Assembly (NCBI GenBank): GCA_963848965.1
Contig: CAWKFG010000001.1
Location: 320,001-384,000, forward strand
Length of the DNA: 64,000 bases
Direction: 5' to 3'
Origin: an uncultured bacterium
GTDB lineage: Bacteria > Babelota > Babeliae > Babelales > Babelaceae
The notes under the pieces were generated by a model, which was not told where the DNA came from, did not search any database, and saw only the letters and a list, made by a program, of their open reading frames with translations. The translations under genes and the position numbers were made by a program. Of this stretch, positions 29,325 through 40,000 are shown piece after piece; position 1 is the stretch's first letter, and each line of letters starts with the position of its first letter.

Positions 29325-30683
29325 TTAGCTGATGAGGCATTTACTTTTTTGTTGTGGATGCTGTGGCAGCTCATATTCATGATCTTTAATAATATTAAAT
29401 ATCGTATAAATGTTTAACTGTGCAAGTATTGAATGAATGTCAAATAAATAAGCTGTACCATTAAGAAAGACGCTAAGGGCATAGTGACCTTTTGGGTGTG
29501 TTATAAGAGAGGGTGTATATGCTTTCACATTTTTTACATTAAATCCTAGAGCGATATCTTTAATAAATGTGTGTTCTTTAAGATCCAGTATTCTTAGTCT
29601 AAGCTCTTTGGTAAGTGCTCTAGGATAGTTGTCAAAGGTTGTAACTAGAGCATAATGCTCGTTATGTGTGGTTGTCATACGTAGAACAGATTCTCGCCCG
29701 GGAAGCCTAATTTCGTGGTCTATTTTGTCTGTCGTAAGATTTGCTACATATATAAAGCCATGGCCATCGGCTAGATAAAGAAAATTTCCATCTTTACTGT
29801 AGGTAAGGACATTAAAAAAAGCATGGCCGGGCTTATCATAGCGTATATGGCGAATAGATCCGTCTCTAAGTGATACTAGTTCTATTGCTTGTTCAGATTG
29901 TGAAGCTACTGCAAATTGTGTCTTATCTGGATTAAATGCACCTTGGGCCATAGATGGCTGAAAGTGTGTAGGCTGGCCGTTTGGTATTGGTATTACAGTA
30001 TTTTCTGGAGAGGAAGATACTATGTTTTTTATATAAGTAATTCGTTTATCAGTAGTGATAACAATACTGTTCATGGAGTCTTTATCATTACTAAAAGTTA
30101 CCATTACTGGTGTTGATGGTAATGTATGTTCTTGTAAGCATATGCCAGTCTCTAGACTCCAGACTTGCATTTTATTATGGCGTGTTCCTACTAGTGCATA
30201 GTTACCATCGTTGCTTATTGCTAAGCACGAAATAATTCCTTTATAACCACCAAATTTTAGTTTGCATTCATGAGTAGTGATGTCAATAAGGTAACAGTAG
30301 CACTGGACATCGGATCCAAAAAGAATATATTTACCATCAGGAGTAAATTCACCACATGTGAAAATTGTATTGGCATTTTCTACTGTATTTATTGGTGGTA
30401 TAAAACCAGCTATAGAGGGCTGTGCTGGTGAATATTTCATGAGAATATACGAATAGCGCTCAATAAGATACTGTAATAAGCTATCCTTAACAGGATATGG
30501 TAGGCTGTTTAGTTCATTAATAAGCTTTTCTCGCTGTACTGTAGGCGCTGTATTTATTTGTTTTCTAAGTGCTGTAATACAGCTTTCAAATAGTGAAGAA
30601 AAGTGCTTATTTTCAGGTGGTTCCATGCCTTGTAAAAGAGTAAAGAAAGAGCAGAGAAAGAGTATATTTTTTATATGATGCAT
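29325..30683 (-). CDS. Secreted WD40-repeat protein with SOCS-box-like N-terminus and CaaX C-terminus
   Basis: FTPDGKYI, ISNDGNYALVG..VWSLETG repeats; SLFESCITAL...LPYP; ends KSKCLIS. Confidence 0.75.
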   Translation of the reverse strand: MHHIKNILFLCSFFTLLQGMEPPENKHFSSLFESCITALRKQINTAPTVQREKLINELNSLPYPVKDSLLQYLIERYSYILMKYSPAQPSIAGFIPPINTVENANTIFTCGEFTPDGKYILFGSDVQCYCYLIDITTHECKLKFGGYKGIISCLAISNDGNYALVGTRHNKMQVWSLETGICLQEHTLPSTPVMVTFSNDKDSMNSIVITTDKRITYIKNIVSSSPENTVIPIPNGQPTHFQPSMAQGAFNPDKTQFAVASQSEQAIELVSLRDGSIRHIRYDKPGHAFFNVLTYSKDGNFLYLADGHGFIYVANLTTDKIDHEIRLPGRESVLRMTTTHNEHYALVTTFDNYPRALTKELRLRILDLKEHTFIKDIALGFNVKNVKAYTPSLITHPKGHYALSVFLNGTAYLFDIHSILAQLNIYTIFNIIKDHEYELPQHPQQKSKCLIS

Positions 30684-30780
30684 AGTAACAATCCATGTAA
30701 GATCTGGTTTAATTTTTGTTTTTAATATTTCTAATTGTACTTAGCATCTTATGTTGTGTCAATTAAGGTAAAAAAATGCT

Positions 30781-31644
30781 TTATGCGGCAGCAGCGATCG
30801 TTTTTTCTATGACTAGTTGCGGGATCTCTACTTTTTTCAAGCTTTGATAATATGGTTTATTATATTTATCGAAGTAGAGAATACCATCATCAGTCCAGCT
30901 AAAGTTTTCAAAGCTAATACACTTATCTTCGATGCACTTGAAAGGGATAGACAGAATCCATTGAGCAATAAGAGGATGACGCATTTGACAGTGAGAGGGA
31001 TGTTTATTGACCTCTTCATGTTCAATAATAACCTGTAGATTAACGACTCTTTCAAGTTTATTGATACAGCGACTATAAAAGCCAAGTACGGTTTGCACAA
31101 TATCCTTTTTGGAGTAGAGGTTGCAAAGATGTTTAATAATTTTCATATTTGGTGCATACCTTTTTAAATGAATAGGAGTAGCAAGTAAATAGACATGATC
31201 AATAAGATACTCTTTGCTTGTGCTATTTTGTTGTAGAAGGGTGCTCCTATAGCTCATGATGCTATTCTGTGCTAGAAAAAAAGGGTCTTTCTCATTTTTG
31301 GATGCTTGTGTATCGTCTAAAGGAGCGAGTAGTTGGCTTGTAAGATTAATTACGTTGCCTCCATGACTGTGGCCTATAAGAGTAATTTTTTCTGTAGTAT
31401 AGCTTAAAATTACCTTTGCTAGTGCTTCTGCAGCTTGTATTCGTGCTATATGGCTCAGTTTACCAGACCAGGTAAAGGAGACCACTTTTTCGTCAAACAT
31501 CCGAGCTTCTTCTTCAAGTATTTTATAAAAATCTCCTTTAGGGCCGCACCAGAGAGCATCTGTGGCAAATGTTCCATGAACGAGGATAACTACTGGATGG
31601 GTAAAGGTACACCATAAAGCTAAAATAAATAGTACTTTTTTCAT
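30781..31644 (-). CDS. Secreted alpha/beta hydrolase (lipase-like)
   Basis: LVHGTF, GHSHGG nucleophile elbow, LATP, YS..D; AAGGAGG RBS before ATG 31644. Confidence 0.8.
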   Translation of the reverse strand: MKKVLFILALWCTFTHPVVILVHGTFATDALWCGPKGDFYKILEEEARMFDEKVVSFTWSGKLSHIARIQAAEALAKVILSYTTEKITLIGHSHGGNVINLTSQLLAPLDDTQASKNEKDPFFLAQNSIMSYRSTLLQQNSTSKEYLIDHVYLLATPIHLKRYAPNMKIIKHLCNLYSKKDIVQTVLGFYSRCINKLERVVNLQVIIEHEEVNKHPSHCQMRHPLIAQWILSIPFKCIEDKCISFENFSWTDDGILYFDKYNKPYYQSLKKVEIPQLVIEKTIAAAA

Positions 31645-31864
31645 GAGCCCCTCCTTACTCTTTTTTTTTACAATAATAGGCTCTAACTCCTGTGTCAACA
31701 GTTCTCTTGAAGTTTTGTTAGGTCACTTTTTCAAGTGTCAAGCAGGGTTAAATTGTGCATGAAAAAACATATTTTTACACTAAATGTATTGCTAGTTTAA
31801 GCAAGTCTCTGGTAGTCTAATTCAGGAAATAGAGTATGCATAACACTTTAAATAAGGATCTAGT

Positions 31865-32068
31865 ATGAAATACATTATATTATCTGTACTATTAGGAGCA
31901 CTTGGTACAGTATTAGCTTATAACAGTAATAATCATAAATATTGTCATGATACAGAAACGGGAAAATACAGACGTATTAGATCGACTGACAATCCAAGGC
32001 CTATGATGCCTCATGGGGGACGTTCGGAATTTTATAAGCCGCATCTTGAGTGTAATCCCCAAAGATAA
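31865..32068 (+). CDS. Small exported peptide with two Cys
   Basis: TAAGGA RBS, signal peptide ...TVLA. Confidence 0.55.
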   Translation: MKYIILSVLLGALGTVLAYNSNNHKYCHDTETGKYRRIRSTDNPRPMMPHGGRSEFYKPHLECNPQR

Positions 32069-32145
32069 AGTAATTATAAAAAAGACCATTATATAAATGT
32101 CGCAATCGCGTAGTGACTATATGCGAGGAATAATAAAGGAGATTA

Positions 32146-33039
32146 ATGATAAAATACATATTGTCTGCAGCAGCTTTTTTCTTTATAGCAGCTCTTAATG
32201 GTATGGAAAAAGAAGCAGCTAGCTTTTTGGCACTGTTGCCAAGTGAGCTTGGGTGTCAGATTTCTGGTACTTTAATTTCTCAGGCAGTAAAGGATATTCG
32301 CGATCTGCAGTTTAAGCTGGCTTCAGAACGACGGGACTCACTTATACCACCCCTATTTTTGAGTTTTAGTAAAATTGTTAATGACTACATCAAGAAATAT
32401 TCTCCATTATTAAGTAATTCTGACTGTTTAGCATTCTTTATTGAGCAACTTTTTTCTGAGCTAGGATTCCGTAATTTGAGTCAAGAATTAAACCTTATTT
32501 TATATGCTTTAAACCCGCCAACAACTTCCAGGAAACAGTATCCTCAGGCAAGCAGTTATGTATCTGACTGGCTGCAAGCAATCCCACATCCGGCTGTAGT
32601 CAGATGGCTTCAAATAAGTTTGAACAATCCTGCCAATAAAAACACTGCTGAAAGTATTTTTTGGGAAAGTTTTTCTGTTTTTTTCGCGAATATGCCTGAA
32701 TATAACGATCGTCTTGCGTTAATACTTAATGCGCTTTTACAAGCAGGTATTGATATCAATATAAAACGCAAAGAAGATGGCAATACGCCTTTAATGGTTG
32801 CAGCTTCATTCTTTAATGCTCCTGTAGTACAATTTCTCCTTGCTCGTAAAGCAAATCCTCGTGAGCTTAATACAAAGGGTCAATCTGCACTTACTCTTGC
32901 TCAAGAGTCTTATGAGAAACTTTTAAAGCCTGCAAAGTCTGTATTTTTCGGTACGGTAACTTTAGAAATTTCTCAAAAGAGATTGGATGATATTCGTGAG
33001 ACGATAAGACTTCTTACTCAAGCAAGTTCAAAGTCTTGA
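32146..33039 (+). CDS. Secreted ankyrin-repeat protein with F-box-like N-terminus
   Basis: FLALLPSELGCQI; DGNTPLMVAA...VVQFLLARKAN. Confidence 0.75.
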   Translation: MIKYILSAAAFFFIAALNGMEKEAASFLALLPSELGCQISGTLISQAVKDIRDLQFKLASERRDSLIPPLFLSFSKIVNDYIKKYSPLLSNSDCLAFFIEQLFSELGFRNLSQELNLILYALNPPTTSRKQYPQASSYVSDWLQAIPHPAVVRWLQISLNNPANKNTAESIFWESFSVFFANMPEYNDRLALILNALLQAGIDINIKRKEDGNTPLMVAASFFNAPVVQFLLARKANPRELNTKGQSALTLAQESYEKLLKPAKSVFFGTVTLEISQKRLDDIRETIRLLTQASSKS

Positions 33040-33327
33040 TACCTAATTCTTTAAAAGAGCAAGTGAAAAGAAATTTGAACAGGCCAGTATTGGCCTGTTT
33101 CTTCCTTATCCTAGAGTATATAAAATACTTTACCAATAATGATTGGGAATACTTTTCATTATGCTTAGCTCTAGACCCCATAATTTTTAGGAAGAATCTC
33201 AAAAGATGCCTGTTTTATAGCGCAGATCCCTTATGAAATGCCTTTTGCTACTGGACAGATTGGTATTATATGCTAAAATAAAATTATCCCCGATTCGGTT
33301 TTATTAAGATTTTAAGAAGGTGTTTTC

Positions 33328-33669
33328 ATGGCGAATAAGAAAAATGAAGAAATAACATTTGCTCGATATGCGATTTTTCAGACAGGTGGTAAGCAGTACC
33401 AGGCACTTGAAGGAAAGACAATTGGTATTGAAAAGCTCGATGTAGCAGAGGGTGATTCAGTATCCTTTCAAGAGGTGCTCTTGAGAAAAACAGGTGATGG
33501 TGCTATAGAAGTAGGGCAACCGTACGTTAAGACTCCTGTAAAAGCAGTAGTCCTTAAGCACATTAAAGGGCCTAAAGTTATCGCTTTTAAGTTTAAGCGT
33601 CGTAAAAAGTATGCACGCAAGATAGGGCATAGACAGCCAATTACCGTTATTCGCATCGAAGCTATCTAA
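33328..33669 (+). CDS. rplU: 50S ribosomal protein L21
   Basis: YAIFQTGGKQY, KRRKKY.RKIGHRQ. Confidence 0.96.
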   Translation: MANKKNEEITFARYAIFQTGGKQYQALEGKTIGIEKLDVAEGDSVSFQEVLLRKTGDGAIEVGQPYVKTPVKAVVLKHIKGPKVIAFKFKRRKKYARKIGHRQPITVIRIEAI

Positions 33670-33688
33670 CTTCTCGCACGTAGCTTTT

Positions 33689-33715
33689 AAGGGCATGGTA
33701 TACATGCCCTTTTTT
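33689..33715 (+). terminator. Rho-independent terminator
   Basis: AAGGGCATG-GTATA-CATGCCCTT followed by T run. Confidence 0.8.
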
Positions 33716-33745
33716 GCTGCTAATTCTCCTGTTATTGCCTACTCC

Positions 33746-34147
33746 TGCTAGCTAGGGGCTTAGCCCCTGTAACCCCAGCAAGGGCGCGCCCTTGCAACCC
33801 ACTTTGTCTGCTCAGAGCTACCGCTCTTCGCTCGTTCTTTTAAAGCAAAAAATCGTACCGATTTTTTGCAGTTGCACACCGCTACGCGAGTCTCCATCAG
33901 GGGAGGAACGCTCCCCTGCTGATGACACTCTGTTTACAGAACTATTGTTGGTATGAAATAACAAAGAATAAAACGTAAGTCAGCAACGGGCAACCAGGGA
34001 GTTCCCCTGGTTGCTTGACTTCGCGTAGCGACTGCTATTGTTAAAAAACGCTCAGCGTTTTTTAACGCAGAAAAAGAACAAAAGAAGTAAAAGGGTTCTA
34101 GGGCCTAAGGCCCTAGCAGGGTCCAGGGACAGCGTCCCTGGCTAGCA
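33746..34147. other. GC-rich pseudo-symmetric multi-hairpin non-coding element (MITE/REP-like or structured RNA)
   Basis: About nine hairpins, long-range complementary segments, terminal TGCTAGC/GCTAGCA. Confidence 0.65.
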
Positions 34148-34269
34148 ATGCCCCTAAAAGCATTAAAATAAAATTCAGTTATAATTAAAATAATAAGAAA
34201 TCTCTCGATTTGTGTCTACTATTTAGAGTAAGATAAAAATAGAGACATTTTATTTTGGGGGAACTGTGC

Positions 34270-36852
34270 ATGAAAGTGTACGTTATTCTTATTCTTTGTG
34301 CTTTCATCAATTTTTTTTCTTTAGAAGGGGCGAGTTCTACTGCTAATGCTGTTGTTATTGATAACAATAATAAGATACTTCTTGGCGGAATGATCTCAAA
34401 TGGCAGTGGTAACGACTTCTTGCTTGTTCGTTATAATCCAGATGGCTCCTTCGATACAACGTTTAATGCGCCTGGAATCCTTACTGGTAGACCGGGTGTA
34501 GTAATTACCGATATACGTGAAACGAATGACCAAATCAACTCAATTGTTATCGATAATAGTAATAGAATTGTCGTTGCAGGTTTTTCTAGTAATGGATTAA
34601 CGAATGATATTGCAGTTGCACGATACAATGATGATGGAAGTCTTGATACAACGTTTAATCCTGCGGGAGTAGGTTCTGGAGTTCCAGGTATAGTTATTAC
34701 TGATGTAAGTGGCTTTGACGATGCTGCCTATGCTGTAGTTATAGACAATAGTAATAGAATTGTCGTTGCAGGATCTACTAACAGCGGAGTAGCTACTTCT
34801 GTTGTAACACTACGCTATAACGATGATGGCAGTCTTGATACAACGTTTAATCCGGCGGGCATAAGTTCAGGAATTCCGGGTATAGTTATTACAACTGTTA
34901 CTGATGTTGATGATGAAGCTCGTGGAGTTGTTATAGATAATAATAACAAAATTGTCGTTGGCGGCTTTGCAAGAAGCTCTTCGGGATCCAGCTTTTTGGC
35001 TATACGTTATAATGATGATGGTACGTTAGATCCAACGTTTGCTACTCTTGGTATTTTTGTATTTGAGCGTAGCGCTAATGATAGAGCAAATGATATTGAT
35101 ATTGATAATAACAATAAAATTGTGCTGGCAGGAGTATCAAATGAAGGAACCAATAATGATTTTGCTTTAGTGCGTATAAATCCTGACGGAACATTAGATA
35201 CTACGTTTAACCCATTAGGACGTAATTCAGGGATACCCGGTATCGTTATGCAGGATGTTGGAGATAATAATGATACGGCAACTGGCCTTATTATTGATAA
35301 CAATAATAATCTTGTTACTACTGGTATTGCTCAAGTGAATACAAGTACAGTCTTTGCTACTATGCGTCATACAAATAGTGGTGATCTTGATATAACGTTT
35401 AATCCGGCTGGAACGCTTACTGGTATTCCAGGAATAGTTATTACTGAAATTATAGGGCTCGATCCTCTACTACCAGGTGAACGTGCTATTGCAGAATCTC
35501 ATGCTATAGCGCTTGATAATGAGAACAAAATAGTAGTAGCTGGTTTCTCTCAAGATATCCTTCAAAGAAATATAGTAACAGTACGATATAATAGTGATGG
35601 ATCGTTGGATACTACGCTTAATCCTGATGGGCGGCGTCCGGGAATACTCCTTTCTCTTTTAGTAGGACGAGGAATAGGCAGGCTTCCTATAGGATATCCG
35701 CAAGACGATCTATTGCCAGAGGCACTTGCTAGTTTAAGTCCTACACTTTTGCAGGAAGTAAGCTCGGGAGCTCCTATCTTTGCGATTCCAACTATTAGTG
35801 GAGAGAGCCCGCTTATTACGAGCTTAACTGATCCTGTGCTCACAGGAACTGCAAGTCCTAATGCGCTTATTACAGTCTTTAGTAACGATATTCAAGTAAC
35901 ACAGGTTTCTGCTGATGAGCAGGGGTTATGGAGAGCAGTGCTTCCTACGCTTACTGATGGTACCTATAATGTATATGTAGTTGCAGAAGATCCTCTTACT
36001 CGTTTTACGCTTGCATCTGATCGTACAGTTTTAGTAGTAGATACACATATGCCTACACCGCCGATTATTGAGAGTCCTGCACCTCATTCGTGGATAGATA
36101 CAACAGCTCCTGTTATACAAGGAACTGCAAAGCCAAGTTCGTTTATTACCTTGTTTCTTAATAATAGACGTATAACAACTGTTGTTGCTGATACTGAAGG
36201 ACGATGGACTTTTACCTCACCTGTGCTGCCAGAAGGAAAATATGCCTTATATGCCGTAAGTACTGATAGAGCTCGTAATAGAAGTGCTCGTTCTCAGGTA
36301 TATACGTTTACTATTGATACAGCTGCATTTAGAGCACCGCGTATTGTAAATCCGGTTGATAGGCTTGTTACAAATAGAAATAGACCAACAGTTACTGGTG
36401 AAGCTCGAGCAGATGCTGTAGTTACTATTGTATTAAATGGAAGGCAGATGGGGACAGTAAAAGCAAATGCTCGAGGAGGCTGGACATATACCTTTACAAC
36501 GCCACTAGCTGATGGAGATTATAGACTCTCTGCTACAATGCCGAGTCCTGCAGGTCCTACTCTTCTTACTTCTGCAATTACTACTTTTACTGTTGATACA
36601 GTACCGCCACGTCCTGCTATTATTTCTCAGATTTTAGAAGGAGGTCAAGCTTTGAGTGGTCTTGCAGAACCAGGAAGTACAGTAACGCTGTATTTAGATG
36701 GAGTATTGCTTGACCAAGTAGTTACGGATCCACGAGGAAGATGGGGCTATACACCACAAGACATCTCTGCAGGAACACATAGGCTTAGCATTACTGTTGC
36801 AGATAGAGCAGGAAATGTAAGTTCTATGGTAGAACGAACATTAGATTTATAA
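34270..36852 (+). CDS. Surface protein: delta-60 (DUF5122-like) beta-propeller repeats plus C-terminal bacterial Ig-like domains
   Basis: Repeated KIVVAG...RYNDDGSLDTTFN; GTAxPxxxVT...ADxxGxW...DxAGNxS Ig motifs. Confidence 0.85.
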   Translation: MKVYVILILCAFINFFSLEGASSTANAVVIDNNNKILLGGMISNGSGNDFLLVRYNPDGSFDTTFNAPGILTGRPGVVITDIRETNDQINSIVIDNSNRIVVAGFSSNGLTNDIAVARYNDDGSLDTTFNPAGVGSGVPGIVITDVSGFDDAAYAVVIDNSNRIVVAGSTNSGVATSVVTLRYNDDGSLDTTFNPAGISSGIPGIVITTVTDVDDEARGVVIDNNNKIVVGGFARSSSGSSFLAIRYNDDGTLDPTFATLGIFVFERSANDRANDIDIDNNNKIVLAGVSNEGTNNDFALVRINPDGTLDTTFNPLGRNSGIPGIVMQDVGDNNDTATGLIIDNNNNLVTTGIAQVNTSTVFATMRHTNSGDLDITFNPAGTLTGIPGIVITEIIGLDPLLPGERAIAESHAIALDNENKIVVAGFSQDILQRNIVTVRYNSDGSLDTTLNPDGRRPGILLSLLVGRGIGRLPIGYPQDDLLPEALASLSPTLLQEVSSGAPIFAIPTISGESPLITSLTDPVLTGTASPNALITVFSNDIQVTQVSADEQGLWRAVLPTLTDGTYNVYVVAEDPLTRFTLASDRTVLVVDTHMPTPPIIESPAPHSWIDTTAPVIQGTAKPSSFITLFLNNRRITTVVADTEGRWTFTSPVLPEGKYALYAVSTDRARNRSARSQVYTFTIDTAAFRAPRIVNPVDRLVTNRNRPTVTGEARADAVVTIVLNGRQMGTVKANARGGWTYTFTTPLADGDYRLSATMPSPAGPTLLTSAITTFTVDTVPPRPAIISQILEGGQALSGLAEPGSTVTLYLDGVLLDQVVTDPRGRWGYTPQDISAGTHRLSITVADRAGNVSSMVERTLDL

Positions 36853-36865
36853 GAGGAAGAGCAAC

Positions 36866-37054
36866 ATGGACTATAGGCGAAAATATGTAATAAATGCTTT
36901 GTGTATAATCTTCTGTATTGTGCACATTATAGAAGCTCAGTATAAGCCAAATATTATTGTTATTATGGGTGACGATGTAGGGTGGTTTAACCTTGAAGGC
37001 ATTAAAGAGCAGCTTCAAAAAACCTTGCAAAATCAGTCAGGTCCTGGTCTATAG
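36866..37054 (+). pseudogene. Internally deleted arylsulfatase remnant
   Basis: Signal peptide plus KPNIIVIMGDDVGW sulfatase N-terminal motif, only 62 aa. Confidence 0.7.
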
Positions 37055-37057
37055 ACT

Positions 37058-40000
37058 CTATTGTCGTGCATGATATAAATAGTGCATGAGTAGTAGTTCA
37101 GTTATGAGTGCAAAATGGCCTGCTATAATGGCCATAAAGCGCGCTGATGTTACTTCAAAACATGCTGCTATAGATACACTTGTTTCTATCTGTGTAGTAG
37201 TATAGTGGCCATCATTCTGTAATTTTTGTAAAGAAATTGCATAGTCGCAAAAGAATCTAAGGATCTGAATATAAAAGTAGTAGAGCCCTTGGCCTATGCC
37301 GTAAAGGCCATTTGTGTTGTAAAAATAGCTGTAGGCTTTTATGGGGCTGTTAAGAAAGTACGAAAGAAAATAATCCACAGTATGAGTAGAACTCAGCGTG
37401 TATAATGTCCCATCACAGCCGATAGAGTATGCTTGACGACCATTTGTCAGCTGCATCCCTAAAATTTGGGTTAAGCATACAAAAACATGGCCCGGCATAA
37501 GGTCGTTTATAACATGATTTGTGGTGCTGTTTGTCAAAGTAGCACTATAGTCACTTGTTGGTTCATCATGAGCACTTATATGATATTTTAGAAGTTCAGG
37601 AGTCCATCTAAAATGAATATCTTCTTGTGCAGTGTTGAGTAGAAAGCCATCGTAGGTGAGCGTATACTGTAACCATAACCAATACAAAAAGAAGCCACAT
37701 ACAGGCAAGAAAGCTGCACAGAGAAACTGAGCTATCTTCTTATTCGAACATTGAGCTCTTGTATTGGATTGTATGATGTCCAAATGTTTACCCAACAACT
37801 TTGCAATACCCATATGTATATCTTTTTTTAGATCTGTATATATATGCTTTAAAAACAATGCTTTTTCCTCTTGTGGTAATGCAGTAAGGTTAATCTCTTT
37901 GCTAAGAGAGATAAGGGTTTTCTTGGCCTCTAAATAGTTATCTGTGCTTATACATTGAGCTCTATTCTCGAGCCACTTTCTCATGCCGAGTTTTAATAGG
38001 TGTAAGAGAGTAGTAGCCTCTTTGATATTAAAAAGGAGATTAGCTTCTGGAATATGAGCAAACAGTTTAAGTACTTCTGAATCATTGTTAAAAATAGACT
38101 GTGCGAATGAAGTAAAAGATACGCGCGCTTGTTGTGCTAACGATTTACCTACTGTTGTAAGTAGATACCCTCTACTAGATTCCGGAAGGTTAGCTATATC
38201 AAGTGTAGCATTCCATTGACTAAGAGTTCTTTCAAGAGAGCCTCTTTCCTTTATATGCTCCAATGCTTCTCCATTTTTTTTGATCCATCCTTTTATGCCT
38301 GCTTGTAAAAGATCATAAGTACATGTGCCAGGCACAACAAAGCTCAATGCTGTTTTACGATCTTTGTTCATAAAGAGGGGATTTGCGCCTGCGCGAACAA
38401 GCAGCTCTAGAATATTATCGTGCTGGCGCTGTGCTGCATACGTGAGAGCAGTATAACCTGCAGTATCTTGTTTATCGACTTCTATACCTTGTGCAGCAAG
38501 AAGAGAATGGCATGCTTCTGTGCTATTATTATAGGCTGCTATCATTAAAGGAGTAAGCCCTTGAGAAGTTGTTTGATTTACGTGAACCTTTTCTGCTTCT
38601 AGTACTTCACTATTATTTTCATAAGCTGCCACCATTAAAGGAGTCCATCCTTGAACTGATATATTTCTCTGTTCTTTTTCTCTAATGAGAGAAACTTTTT
38701 TCTCAAGCTTTTGCTGTTGCTCTTCTTGAGCAAGCTCGAGAGGAAAAGTTTGTAATAAAGAACGTGTAGCTCCTTTTAAAGGCGCATAGTCAAGTACTCC
38801 TTTACCGCTACTATCTTTGGCGTTTATATCAGCACCTTTACTTAAGAGCAGTTTAATAGCTGCGCTATATTCTTCTTGTGCTGCGAGCATTAGTGCTGCT
38901 TGCCCTTGAGAATTTCTATAATGTATACAGTAAGGATAAAGTTCTAAAAGCTTTTCAATTAAAGAAGTTGCTTTATAACGTATAGCAGTATGTAAAAGTT
39001 CGCCTGCATGATGAGGCTGTAGTACTATAAGATTTCGTTCTAATAAGGTGATGAGTTGAGATGTATTTCTTTCTATCATACTCTGTACGGTTTTTATAGA
39101 GAGTTGTGGGTATGTGTTACCCATAGAAGTAATAGCTCTATGATGTATGTCACCATGGTCTTGCACTAACTGAAAACATCTTGTAAGGCAGCGTTCTAGA
39201 AAGTACTCTTTAATCTGCTGACTTTTAATAAGGGCCTCAAGAGTTGTGCGATCTTGTAGAGTAAGGGCAATAAGGAGTGCGTCATTGCCTTCATCATCTT
39301 CTTGAATATCTGGTACCTGTTCAAGCATTTGTAAAGCGGCAGTTCTTTTTCCTTTTTTGACTGCATAAAGAAATAAATTGGTACCTTGTTTGTCAATTCT
39401 CATAGTTTTAAACTCTTTACAAAGCTCTATTCCTCTCTGGTCTAAATGATCTTCCATAATTTGTTTTTTGAGAATTGTAAGCTTTTCTTGAGCTTGTACT
39501 TTCTTTTCTTGTTCTAAAGGTTCTTGAGCTGGCTTTATTCTCTTGAGAATAAGCTCCTTAATTTCTTGACATGTTGTTTTGTCTATATACTTATAAAGAG
39601 GGATTCCATGTATTTGTTGATAAAGATCTGCGTTTGCATTGAGTAAAAGCCTAATCATTTTGTGATCATTATTTTTAAGTGCATAATAGAGAGCTGTTTG
39701 ACCAAAAGCATCTAGTGCATTAAGAGAGGAAACACTAAGATGTAGCCTTGCTTTTAGAAGATTTTGCTGAGCAACATAATAGAGAAACTCATTTGCTTGA
39801 TGTTCTTTTATCCATAATTGTTTAAGAGTCGCGTATCTATCAAAACATTTTATTATATCGGTTAATTGCCTTTTCTGCGCAATAATAAAGGCAGTTTCGC
39901 CTTTATTGTTTCTTATAGTTTCATCTGAATATGGTAATAATGCTTCAAAGAGCAAAGGTTGATTATAAGATACAGCATGGATAAGTGCTGTATTGTTTTC

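Noticed and set aside
33014..33236. Two short ORFs after the ankyrin gene
   Set aside because: Overlap a terminator-like hairpin (AACAGGCCA/TGGCCTGTT); no coding features
34400..35650. Recurring GATACAACGTTTAATCC-like repeats considered as CRISPR or DGR
   Set aside because: In-frame delta-60 protein repeats with long spacing; no cas or reverse transcriptase gene in the window
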